Assembly (NCBI GenBank): GCA_037444485.1
Contig: JBBIMI010000021.1
Coordinates: forward strand, 1 to 15,693
Length of the DNA stretch: 15,693 nt
DNA from: Candidatus Micrarchaeota archaeon
GTDB lineage: Archaea > Micrarchaeota > Micrarchaeia > Norongarragalinales > Norongarragalinaceae
Reading direction: 5' to 3'
Shown here: positions 8,185-15,680 of the stretch, one piece after another
Numbering within the stretch: the stretch's first letter is position 1
Layout: each line of letters opens with the position of its first letter
The notes under the pieces: generated by a model
What the model saw: the letters and a program-made list of their open reading frames with translations, nothing else
Databases searched by the model: none
What the model was told of the DNA's origin: nothing
Position numbers and translations under genes: made by a program

Positions 8185-8419
8185 CGCGGAGGGCGGGATT
8201 CGAACCCGCGCAACCCTAAAACGGGTTAACAGCTTTCAGCTGCGCGCACAGTAGCAGGCTTGCGTGCGATTCTTTCTCTTCAATTTTTTTGTTTCTTTCT
8301 TTCAATGTTTTTTTCAAGGTTTTCTTTTTTTCAAGGTTTTTTCTTTTCCCAAAAGAAAAAAGCTTTTTTCTTTTCCGAGAAAGAAAAGCTTGCCGCCATA
8401 GCCACTAGGCGACCTCCGC
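8185..8419 (-). tRNA. tRNA-Ser(GCT) with two introns (8260-8390 at 29/30; 8235-8251 at 37/38)
   Basis: Exons 8419-8391, 8259-8252 and 8234-8185 give an 87-nt type II tRNA. Acceptor stem GCGGAGG/CCTCCGC, G73 discriminator, anticodon arm GCAGC-CT GCT AA-GCTGT, long variable arm AACCC/GGGTT, T arm GCGGG TTCGAAT CCCGC. Confidence 0.85.
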
Positions 8420-8438
8420 ACGAATATTGTTTTAGAAA

Positions 8439-8486
8439 AACTGGGTTTTAATAAGTGGGTTTAATTTAATAACTGGGTTTTAATAA
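8439..8486 (-). promoter_or_regulatory. Duplicated TATA-containing element upstream of tRNA-Ser
   Basis: aactgggttttaataa occurs at 8439-8454 and 8471-8486, with a degenerate copy between. On the minus strand it reads TTATTAAAA about 30 nt upstream of tRNA G1. Confidence 0.55.
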
Positions 8487-8507
8487 AATAGTTTTTTTCG
8501 AACAGGG

Positions 8508-9287
8508 TTAAGGTGAAGTCATTAATTCGAAAGCTTGACTCACGTTCGCGACTTCGATTACTTTAATTCCGGTTTCCGCACTCACGTCTTTTTCTTTGAA
8601 CGTTGTAGTGCATTCGCGGAACGAGAAGCTTCCGCCGCGTTCCTCGCGGCAGAATTCGATTGGAACGCGCTGCGTTCCCTCGCCTTTCGGCACGAGGAAA
8701 AGCGAGTAACCTGCTTGCTTGGCAGCCCGCGCTTTTTCGAGAACTTGCCCTACTCGCGTTACCGCGCCGCTCGCGTCAACGCCGCCTGTTACGAGCGCGT
8801 CTGAACGCAGTTTTTTTCCTTCAACAGCTGCCATTGTGGCGATTGCTAGCGCGGCGCCTGCACTGCCGCCGCTGACGACGTTCGACTCTGCGGAAAGCGA
8901 GTAATACAAATTTTTACCGTTCACTCTCGCGCCCGCATTTCGCGCCGCTTCTATGGCGTTGCGTAGTGAAGCCTGCGTGTCTGGATTGATTAACGGCGAA
9001 CCTTCCCTTACTTCGATGAAAACTCTTCCAGCGTCCTGCGCGTCGCTGGCTTCAACAATCAAGTCGGCAAGCACGCCATTTCCTTGGTTGTCGACTGCTG
9101 GCAGTTTCAGTTGAATCAACGTGTTTCTGTTCGTTGTTGAAGCGAGTTTGAATTGTTTTTCTTCATTCTGTGAGAAAGTAGTCTTCGCTTCGAAACCCGC
9201 GAGGAACGCGATGAGGACGCTGGCAGCTGCCACCAAGGCGATTAATGCGAGTGACGATGATTGTTTTCCTTTGCTCAAAAAATTCAC
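8508..9287 (-). CDS. Membrane-anchored/exported S16 family (Lon C-terminal-like) serine protease without ATPase domain
   Basis: Ser-Lys dyad contexts VSGGSAGAALA and VTGGVDASGAVTRVGQVLEKARAA. FLVP and IKVIEVANVSQA match the end of the Lon protease domain. N-terminal hydrophobic helix. The GTG start is uncertain. Confidence 0.85.
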   Translation of the reverse strand: MNFLSKGKQSSSLALIALVAAASVLIAFLAGFEAKTTFSQNEEKQFKLASTTNRNTLIQLKLPAVDNQGNGVLADLIVEASDAQDAGRVFIEVREGSPLINPDTQASLRNAIEAARNAGARVNGKNLYYSLSAESNVVSGGSAGAALAIATMAAVEGKKLRSDALVTGGVDASGAVTRVGQVLEKARAAKQAGYSLFLVPKGEGTQRVPIEFCREERGGSFSFRECTTTFKEKDVSAETGIKVIEVANVSQAFELMTSP

Positions 9288-9302
9288 CGAAAGAATTTTT
9301 GC

Positions 9303-10067
9303 TTAAAACTGGTTTATAGTCTTTTGTTTTTTTTCAAGTCCTTTTATTTTAGCGCTCGGATTCCCGATTTCGTAATCCAGTTTGAAGAACTCGAACCCGT
9401 TTTTTTCGAGCATCGTGTGCGCGTTCGGCGTGATTGCAGGCGCGCAGAGGATTCCTCTCACGCCCTCATTTTTTCGTTCTGCGAGTTCGCGGACGTAGCG
9501 GTGCAGTTGCGTTACCGCGTCTAAGCCGGCACTGCGGCGCTTTACTTCTATTGCTACGAGTTTTCCGGCCGCGTCGCGCGCTAGAATGTCTATGCTTCCC
9601 TTCCGCACGTTGCTTTCTTGTTTGATGGGCGTGAGGCCGGGTTCGATTAGAGTCAAGTCTTGCATTAGCAAGCCGGCGAGCTCGCGTTCCGAGCCGAACA
9701 ACTTGAGTTTTGAATCGTCTTTCATGTTGAAAACGCCTGCGAATTGCACGCTCTTGAACAAGACTTCTATTACTTCCTTTAACGGCTTGCTGCGTTCTGC
9801 TTTTACTACGAGCGCTTCATCGCCCGCGTTCACTGAAACTCGCGCGCCTGGACCCTGGTAGTTTATGGCACTCATTTTAGTTGACTGGTGGACAAGGAAA
9901 GTGCCGTCCGGCTTTATCACGAGCAGCCTGTCGCCTTCGCTTAGCTTTGAAGCAGCGCGTCCCTCGTAGCGCACAACGCAGTTACCGACGAGTAACGCGA
10001 GCTTGCGCTCGTCAAGCGCTTGCTTGACAACGCGCTTGGCTTCATGAAACGAAACCGATTGTTCCAT
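9303..10067 (-). CDS. nucS: Endonuclease NucS (EndoMS), mismatch-specific
   Basis: CVVRYEGRAASKL..GDRLLVIKPDGTFLVH N-terminal domain, plus the RecB-like motif IDILARD...VAIEVKR...AVTQLHRY and RGILCAP. Start set at the ATG at 10067. Confidence 0.95.
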   Translation of the reverse strand: MEQSVSFHEAKRVVKQALDERKLALLVGNCVVRYEGRAASKLSEGDRLLVIKPDGTFLVHQSTKMSAINYQGPGARVSVNAGDEALVVKAERSKPLKEVIEVLFKSVQFAGVFNMKDDSKLKLFGSERELAGLLMQDLTLIEPGLTPIKQESNVRKGSIDILARDAAGKLVAIEVKRRSAGLDAVTQLHRYVRELAERKNEGVRGILCAPAITPNAHTMLEKNGFEFFKLDYEIGNPSAKIKGLEKKQKTINQF

Positions 10068-10115
10068 TAAAAACACGCTCAAAAAACCGTGAATTTCGTG
10101 AATTAATTTCGTGAA

Positions 10116-10850
10116 CTACTTTGGCTGCATTCGGATGATTACGTTTTCGACTCCTGCCTCGCGCGCGGCTTCAGCGAGTTCCACGAGCTTGCTTTTGTTA
10201 GTCGCTGGAACGCCCTCGAATTCTTTTGACGCGACGACGCGCGGAGAAAACTGTTGTAGTGCTAGAACGTCGGCGAACTTGATGTTCCTGCAAATGTTTT
10301 TAATTATTTCAGGTTCGTCGTTCAAACCTGGGATTACTGTGAAACGAATTTCTTTGAAGACGCGTCTGCCGCGCGTTTCGAGAAACGCGAGGCTCTTGAG
10401 CACTTGACTCAACAACAGCTCCGGCTTTCCTTTGAAACCGCAAACGCGCGCGTACTCGCAAGCGTCGTCAAGCCGGGTTTTAACATCCAGCGCGACGAAA
10501 TCCACGAAAAACAGGATTTCTGCAAGCGCTTCAGGATAGTAACCACTGGTTTCCACCTTCAAGAGGAAGGCCTTCTGCTTCAATGCGCGCGCGAGTTCGA
10601 GCAACGCGTTTCCCTGCATTAACGGCTCGCCGCCGTTGAAGCAAACCGCGTCTATAAACTGGCGTTGCTTCTCAAAGTGTTTTACGAAGAAACTAGTCGG
10701 AGCATTAATGCAGGATTCTTGATTCAACAAGTTTGGAGTATTACACCAACCGCAACGCAACGGACAGCCGCCGAGAAACACGACGCTAGCGACTTTCCCC
10801 GGATAGTCGACAAGCGAGTGTTCAAGAATGCTTGAAAAACGCAGTTTCAT
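10116..10850 (-). CDS. nrdG: Anaerobic ribonucleoside-triphosphate reductase activating protein-like radical SAM enzyme
   Basis: SLVDYPGKVASVVFLGGCPLRCGWC (CxxxCxxC), GGEP, KVETSG, ALDVK, EIRFTVIPG and LQQF. Start at ATG 10850 or 10868. No nrdD in this window, so the substrate is inferred. Confidence 0.8.
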   Translation of the reverse strand: MKLRFSSILEHSLVDYPGKVASVVFLGGCPLRCGWCNTPNLLNQESCINAPTSFFVKHFEKQRQFIDAVCFNGGEPLMQGNALLELARALKQKAFLLKVETSGYYPEALAEILFFVDFVALDVKTRLDDACEYARVCGFKGKPELLLSQVLKSLAFLETRGRRVFKEIRFTVIPGLNDEPEIIKNICRNIKFADVLALQQFSPRVVASKEFEGVPATNKSKLVELAEAAREAGVENVIIRMQPK

Positions 10851-10945
10851 GAACAAACTAAGGCGCATTGAGACTAAAAAGCGTTTCTCGGTTTAAAAAA
10901 ACAGTTTTTAAACAGTTTTTTCCAGCGCGCTCGCCAGTAACGCGT

Positions 10946-11614
10946 TCATCGAAGCGCCTCGTAATCATCTAGCTCTCGAGTTGAAATGCTACATCCAGCA
11001 TTCTGGAGAGCGTAAAGCGAAGCGATAAAAGCTTCGCGAGCCGCGCTGCCGTAGTCTTTGAAAAAGCCTTTCGCTGCGCTTACTGCGATTATTTCTGTTG
11101 AACGCAGCACGCTCGCGCCCTCAAGCCCTTTTTTAAAGTTTGCGAGCGCGTTTTCATCCATTGAAACCTCTTCAACGAATTCAGTCTGCAGCGCGTCTAA
11201 AAGCGTCTTGGGGGACTCAAACAGCAACCGCGTTGTTTTCTCGTCAACCACGAAATTCTTGAAGCCTTTTAGTTTCATCAACGCGAGGCACTCGACTTCA
11301 CCTTCTTGCAGTATCGTCAACGGTTTTCCGCCCACGCGCAACACCGTGTTCGCTTGCGCGAGAATGTTTTGGCACTCGCGCTCGAGATTCGGGGGTTCAA
11401 CGACTTCTAAAACATTGTCGTAAATCAGTTTCCGCAAACGCATTGCAGAGAACGCGAGCCTGCGGACTTGCAGCGGGCGCGTAACTATCTCGTCCCGTAC
11501 CGAAGGCGGGATTATGAAACGCGCGCCAGACGCCTTCAAAAAATGCAGCGCGTCAATGTTGCATATTTCTGAAAGCGAAATCAATGAGGAACTGTCGCAA
11601 ACGAATTCAGGCAT
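10946..11614 (-). CDS. PIN-like domain protein
   Basis: PIN-type acidic pattern: FVCDSSSLI, IIPPSVRDEI, GEVECLAL and VVDEKTTR. Has a C-terminal helical extension. Confidence 0.7.
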   Translation of the reverse strand: MPEFVCDSSSLISLSEICNIDALHFLKASGARFIIPPSVRDEIVTRPLQVRRLAFSAMRLRKLIYDNVLEVVEPPNLERECQNILAQANTVLRVGGKPLTILQEGEVECLALMKLKGFKNFVVDEKTTRLLFESPKTLLDALQTEFVEEVSMDENALANFKKGLEGASVLRSTEIIAVSAAKGFFKDYGSAAREAFIASLYALQNAGCSISTRELDDYEALR

Positions 11615-11629
11615 GCTTTACTACCCGCC

Positions 11630-11775
11630 AGCTTTAAGCCAACTTCAAGCCAACTTCAAGCCCTTAAACTTCAACTAAACCTCAACTTCAACCAAAAAAA
11701 AACTTTAACCAAAAACCTAAGCCAAAACTTTAAAACCAAACTCAAACCAAAAACTTTAGCCTGCTTTAAACCAAG
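11630..11775. repeat. Degenerate tandem array of 11-13-nt A/C-rich units
   Basis: aagccaacttc aagccaacttc aagccc..., followed by repeated aaccaaaaacttt-like units. Almost no G on the plus strand. Confidence 0.7.
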
Positions 11776-11777
11776 TT

Positions 11778-12374
11778 TTAGTCGAACAACTTTCTAGCTT
11801 TTTCAAAGCGTTCCTTAACCGAAATCGTTGAATACTTTTCTGAAAGCTTTGTAGCGCCGATATAACTCGCGACGTCTTTCTTGCTGGCTCCAGTGAACTC
11901 GGCTGCCTTGCCGAGGGAAGCGCCGTGCGCGTAAACCTGCGTCGCCGCTTTGATGCGCGCTTTTTCTATAACGCTGCGAATAAACCGACCTAAGCTCTCG
12001 CTTAATTTTTCAGTATGCTGCACTACGGAATCCAATAGCGCGGTTCCAGCCTCCGCCTTGTTTTTCTTGAAGTAATCTTCCGCTTGCTTCAAGTCTGAAA
12101 GCATTTCGTTCGAAAACTGCTTCCATTCCGGTGATTCAATGATGTAAGGCTTTTCAAGGAATTTCGAGAACGAGTATGCGAGTAGTCCCACGTCGAGCAG
12201 CGCTTGATCGTCATTCAAAAAAGCTTCTTCGGCGATGTCTCCTATTAACGGCCGTAAAGCGCTGGCGTTGCCTGCCTTGAACAACTCGAGCAATTGTTTT
12301 ATTCGCTGCAGCCGCAGTTCCTTCACTTGAACTGCAGGTGAATTGCGTGAAACGAGTTTAGTTCGCCTTTCCAT
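11778..12374 (-). CDS. Hypothetical helical protein with C-terminal HTH-like motif (UPF0175-like)
   Basis: Start reassigned to ATG 12374 because the longer ORF overlaps the ligase. The C-terminal VYAHGASLGKAAEFTGASKKDV resembles the xSLGKAAELxGxS HTH of UPF0175-type proteins. Confidence 0.65.
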   Translation of the reverse strand: MERRTKLVSRNSPAVQVKELRLQRIKQLLELFKAGNASALRPLIGDIAEEAFLNDDQALLDVGLLAYSFSKFLEKPYIIESPEWKQFSNEMLSDLKQAEDYFKKNKAEAGTALLDSVVQHTEKLSESLGRFIRSVIEKARIKAATQVYAHGASLGKAAEFTGASKKDVASYIGATKLSEKYSTISVKERFEKARKLFD

Positions 12375-12408
12375 TGAAAACCACGAATTAAAAACTTGTT
12401 CCAGTCTT

Positions 12409-14214
12409 TTAAGTTTTTTCTCGCTCGCGCGCTCGCTCGCTCGCGCCGCGCGTCGCGTGCGCGTGCGAGCTGGCAGCGCGCTTGTGTTGGAGTTCAAACA
12501 ACTCGAGAACTTCTTTCTCAGTAGTCGCGTCCTCAGGCTTTTTCTCGCGCACGCGCACGAGCCGCGGAAAGCGAAGCGCGAGCCCTTCTGTTTCAACGCC
12601 GCGCTTGGCGCACGTGTGAATTGGCGAGCGCGTGATTTCGTCTGCGTTCACTTCAACTACGTACTGCGGCTTAACCCAAGCATGCGGCTCGATTATTGCG
12701 TCCACGTTCGCTGGCTTTTGTTTGACCGCGATTTTCGCCAGGGTTTCACTGAATTCTTTCATCTGCGCTTCAGTAAACCCTGATCCGATTTTTGCGATCG
12801 TTCGAAAACGGTTGTTCTCGTCGTCGTAAACAGCTGTAAGCAGTCCACCGAACCCGAATTGCGTGCGCTTGCCTTTACCGAAGTAATAACCGACTATGAC
12901 TACGTCGAGCGTGTCCGCGAGTTTTTCGCTGTAAGAACGCTTGAGTTTTATCCAGGCGAACTTGCGCGCGCCTGCGGTGTAAGGCGCATTCAAGTCTTTC
13001 GCGATGATGCCTTCGAGGCCTGCTTCAACGCTCTCGTCGAAAAACTTTTGCAGCTCGCCCGCGTTCTTCGCAATTATGCTCGGCGCGAGCGCGATGCGCT
13101 CGCCTTTCTCAATTATTTCTGCAAGCGCTTTCCTTCGCTCGCGGTAAGGCTTCATAGTGTAATCAACCCCGTTCAAGTACAATAGTTCGAAAACGAAGAG
13201 CTTGAGTGGGAGTTCCTCCGCCTTTTCCGCGATTCCGTGCTTGCGCTTGCGCTGCATTGTTTCTTGAAACGGCATGAAGCTGCCAGTCGCTTCATTGAAT
13301 GCGATGGCTTCACCTTCAAGAATGAATTCACGTTGCTTGCCGAGTTGTTTTTTTACGGCCTTCACCACGTCCGGAAACATGTGCGTGACTTTCTCTTGCC
13401 GCCGCGAGTAGAGTTCGACACGCGAACCTTGCTTGTGTACAGCGAGGCGGAAACCGTCAAACTTTTGTTCAACGCTGCACTCGCCGAGCTTCTTAATTAT
13501 TTCTTCAGCGTTTTCCAAACGCTCTGCGAGGGCGGGGCGGATGGGCTTGAAAGGCATTGGCGTGATTTTCTTTACTGCTTCAAGCCCTTTCAAGAGAAAT
13601 AGTTCGGTGACGAAACCCAAGTCGCTAGTCAAGTTGTACGCGCGTTCTAAATCGTTCCTCAACTCTTTCGACCCAGCTTTAAGCACTGAAAGCGCGTCGA
13701 GAACAGTAAAATCGCCTACGCCTAACCGCAGCGAGCCTGTGACGAAGCGCACTATGATTTTTGCTTCGCTTGGCGAAGCATTCGAAAGCAGTTCTGCAAG
13801 CAACTTGATTTTCGATTCTTGCGAGCCAACGCCAGACGCGGTAGCAATTTTGAAAAAATTTTCGTAAACTTTTTCGACGTCAAGCGCGCGAGACGCGAGC
13901 GTCGCCTGCTTTTTTCCAGCGAGCAGTTCCCGCGCCACGATTCCCAAGTCACCAGTTTTCCTGTACAGTGATTCAATCTCGCCCGCGCTCTTGCCGGAAA
14001 CAAGTGAAATGCTTCGCACCGTCATCTTGTCAGCCATCCCGATTTGAATGCCTTCGTGTTGAGGCGCTAGAATGCCTTGAATTAAGTAAGCAACGTGTTT
14101 TGCTTCGCGGGGAGAACATTCCTTGAAAAGCGCGGCGAGGTCGTCAGTAATCGCTAAACGCGACGTTTTCGCCTCGATTTTCTCGAAAACAGCAGCCAAT
14201 TCCTTGAACTTCAT
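12409..14214 (-). CDS. lig: ATP-dependent DNA ligase (archaeal type)
   Basis: Motif I EQKFDGFR, motif III ILEGEA, IIIa FELLY, IV EGIIAK, V WIKLK and VI LRFPR, with an N-terminal DNA-binding domain. Start set at ATG 14214. Confidence 0.97.
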   Translation of the reverse strand: MKFKELAAVFEKIEAKTSRLAITDDLAALFKECSPREAKHVAYLIQGILAPQHEGIQIGMADKMTVRSISLVSGKSAGEIESLYRKTGDLGIVARELLAGKKQATLASRALDVEKVYENFFKIATASGVGSQESKIKLLAELLSNASPSEAKIIVRFVTGSLRLGVGDFTVLDALSVLKAGSKELRNDLERAYNLTSDLGFVTELFLLKGLEAVKKITPMPFKPIRPALAERLENAEEIIKKLGECSVEQKFDGFRLAVHKQGSRVELYSRRQEKVTHMFPDVVKAVKKQLGKQREFILEGEAIAFNEATGSFMPFQETMQRKRKHGIAEKAEELPLKLFVFELLYLNGVDYTMKPYRERRKALAEIIEKGERIALAPSIIAKNAGELQKFFDESVEAGLEGIIAKDLNAPYTAGARKFAWIKLKRSYSEKLADTLDVVIVGYYFGKGKRTQFGFGGLLTAVYDDENNRFRTIAKIGSGFTEAQMKEFSETLAKIAVKQKPANVDAIIEPHAWVKPQYVVEVNADEITRSPIHTCAKRGVETEGLALRFPRLVRVREKKPEDATTEKEVLELFELQHKRAASSHAHATRGASERAREREKT

Positions 14215-14254
14215 TCCGTCGCCCCCAAAAAAAAATTTCAAATAATTCTAACGC

Positions 14255-14325
14255 AAGCGTTCTTTAATAACAATTGCTTAAAAATAGTTGAACGCGTTAT
14301 AAAAACTATTAGTAGAGGTATTCAA
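14255..14325. promoter_or_regulatory. Divergent promoter region for lig and the 14331 ORF
   Basis: Plus strand TTATAAAAA at 14297-14305, about 30 nt before ATG 14331. Minus strand TTATTAAAG at 14270-14262. Confidence 0.45.
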
Positions 14326-14330
14326 AAAAA

Positions 14331-15419
14331 ATGTTGTTGGACGCGCAAACTCTTCAAACTGTTCTCACGCCTGAAGCAGCCTTGGGAATAATACAAAAAA
14401 CGATTACGCAGAAGGGTTGGAAGAAATACGAGGTAACAGACGTCAAACTCGTTTATTCGCCGTACTGGCTTTTCTCGTTCGACGTAATCGCAGTGCAGGG
14501 CCCGAGTCCAAGCGGCAAAACAGCGTTGAACGCGTACACTGGCGACTTGAATGATTTCGTGCCGATTCTCTTCGAACGCCCGCTCAAGAAAACGAGGGCG
14601 ACTGTGGAAGGCGTGGAAGCAGAAGTTGAACCAACGAGCATAGACGCGCGCGAAGCAAAGAGCGTAGCTCAATCGAAAATCGCCGCGCACGTTGGACTCA
14701 AGCCTGAAAACATAAGTGTTTCCGCGTTCACGAAGTACTACATCCCGTTTTACAGGGTTTGGGTTGACGTTGCAGGCGATTCTTACAAAATCGATGTAGA
14801 TGCTTGCTTGGGCGCGCCCCTCGGAATAGAACAAGTTCCAGAGCGTCCTAAAACGTGGGAGGAGGCTACTAGAGAAACACTTCAAAAACTCAAGACGCCG
14901 AAAGGCTGGCTTGAACTTGGCGGAAAAGCGTTAGGCGCAAGCGAAGCGGCTGCTGCAAGCGCTGCAGCTGGCGCAGCTGGCGGCGAAGGCGGGGGCGGAC
15001 GCAAGCTTCCGTTAAAGTACCTAGCGTTAGGCGCGATTATACTCGTTTTATTGTTTTTCTTGTTCTTGCGGCAAAGCGGTGGCGTAAGCGTCTCGTGCAG
15101 GGTTTACAACGATTTCTTAAGCGAACCCCAGTTCTTGGGATTCGGAGAACCGCAACTAGAGCCGAGACTCGCGCGCGACGGAAAACTCTTCGTTGAAGGC
15201 GAATGTTCTTTAAACAATCAAGGCAGCCAAAGTGCTGCTGTTACTGTAGTAACGCGAGTAAAGAGAAAAAGCAATCCCGACGAGGTTTTGGGAGTCAACG
15301 TGACTTTAGCGCCGCAATTGCCGCCGTCACTCGGACAACCGACGCTCAAACAATTCATCATCTCGTGGAAAGGCGCGCGCGACGGCGACTACAAGTTCGA
15401 ATACGAAAAACTCGGCTGA
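14331..15419 (+). CDS. Single-pass membrane protein with a tandemly duplicated N-terminal domain and a C-terminal beta domain
   Basis: 362-aa ORF. Two repeats (YSPYWLFSFDV..LNAYTG and YIPFYRVWVDV..VDACLG), an Ala/Gly linker, a TM segment LALGAIILVLLFFLFL, and a beta-rich C-domain with two Cys. Confidence 0.75.
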   Translation: MLLDAQTLQTVLTPEAALGIIQKTITQKGWKKYEVTDVKLVYSPYWLFSFDVIAVQGPSPSGKTALNAYTGDLNDFVPILFERPLKKTRATVEGVEAEVEPTSIDAREAKSVAQSKIAAHVGLKPENISVSAFTKYYIPFYRVWVDVAGDSYKIDVDACLGAPLGIEQVPERPKTWEEATRETLQKLKTPKGWLELGGKALGASEAAAASAAAGAAGGEGGGGRKLPLKYLALGAIILVLLFFLFLRQSGGVSVSCRVYNDFLSEPQFLGFGEPQLEPRLARDGKLFVEGECSLNNQGSQSAAVTVVTRVKRKSNPDEVLGVNVTLAPQLPPSLGQPTLKQFIISWKGARDGDYKFEYEKLG

Positions 15420-15439
15420 AACGCTTGACGCCACTAGTT

Positions 15440-15680
15440 AAACTAAAAAAGTATTGAAAAAAAAGTATTGAAACTAATTTATTGAAATTAGAAATTAATT
15501 GATTGTTAATTTTGATTGTTAATTGATTGCCGAAAAAAATTCTGGAAAAATTCTGAAAAAACGCTGAAAAAACTGGCGGAAAAAACCAAAAAAACAAAGA
15601 AAAAGAGAAGGAGGACAAAAAGAAAAGAGAACGAGAAAAGAAAAGAAGACGAAAAAAAGTAAAGAAAAAAAACTAGAGGA
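15440..15680. repeat. Low-complexity spacer with several short tandem duplications and an A/G-rich tract
   Basis: aaaaaagtattg x2, ttgattgttaat x2-3, aaaaattctg x2, then a purine tract from about 15580. Confidence 0.75.

Noticed and set aside
8260..8390. Mobile element or integration scar in tRNA-Ser, suggested by the GCAAGC direct repeat
   Set aside because: Excision between the repeats leaves an extra A that breaks the anticodon stem, whereas BHB-register splicing restores it. No integrase or transposase is present.
8260..8451. 63-aa ORF on the plus strand and possible intron-encoded protein
   Set aside because: Low-complexity Phe-rich translation antisense to the tRNA intron. It is far too short for a homing endonuclease.
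11630..11775. Possible CRISPR array or iterons
   Set aside because: Units are short, degenerate and adjacent, with no unique spacers and no cas or rep genes.
12375..12596. N-terminal 74-aa extension of the 11778-12596 ORF
   Set aside because: It overlaps the ligase 3' end in another frame and includes the GC repeat. The ATG at 12374 is the more plausible start.
9303..14214. Anti-phage defence island (nuclease, PIN and radical SAM genes together)
   Set aside because: NucS, ligase and the NrdG-like protein are ordinary archaeal housekeeping families. The radical SAM protein matches the RNR-activase pattern rather than viperin, and there are no mobility markers.
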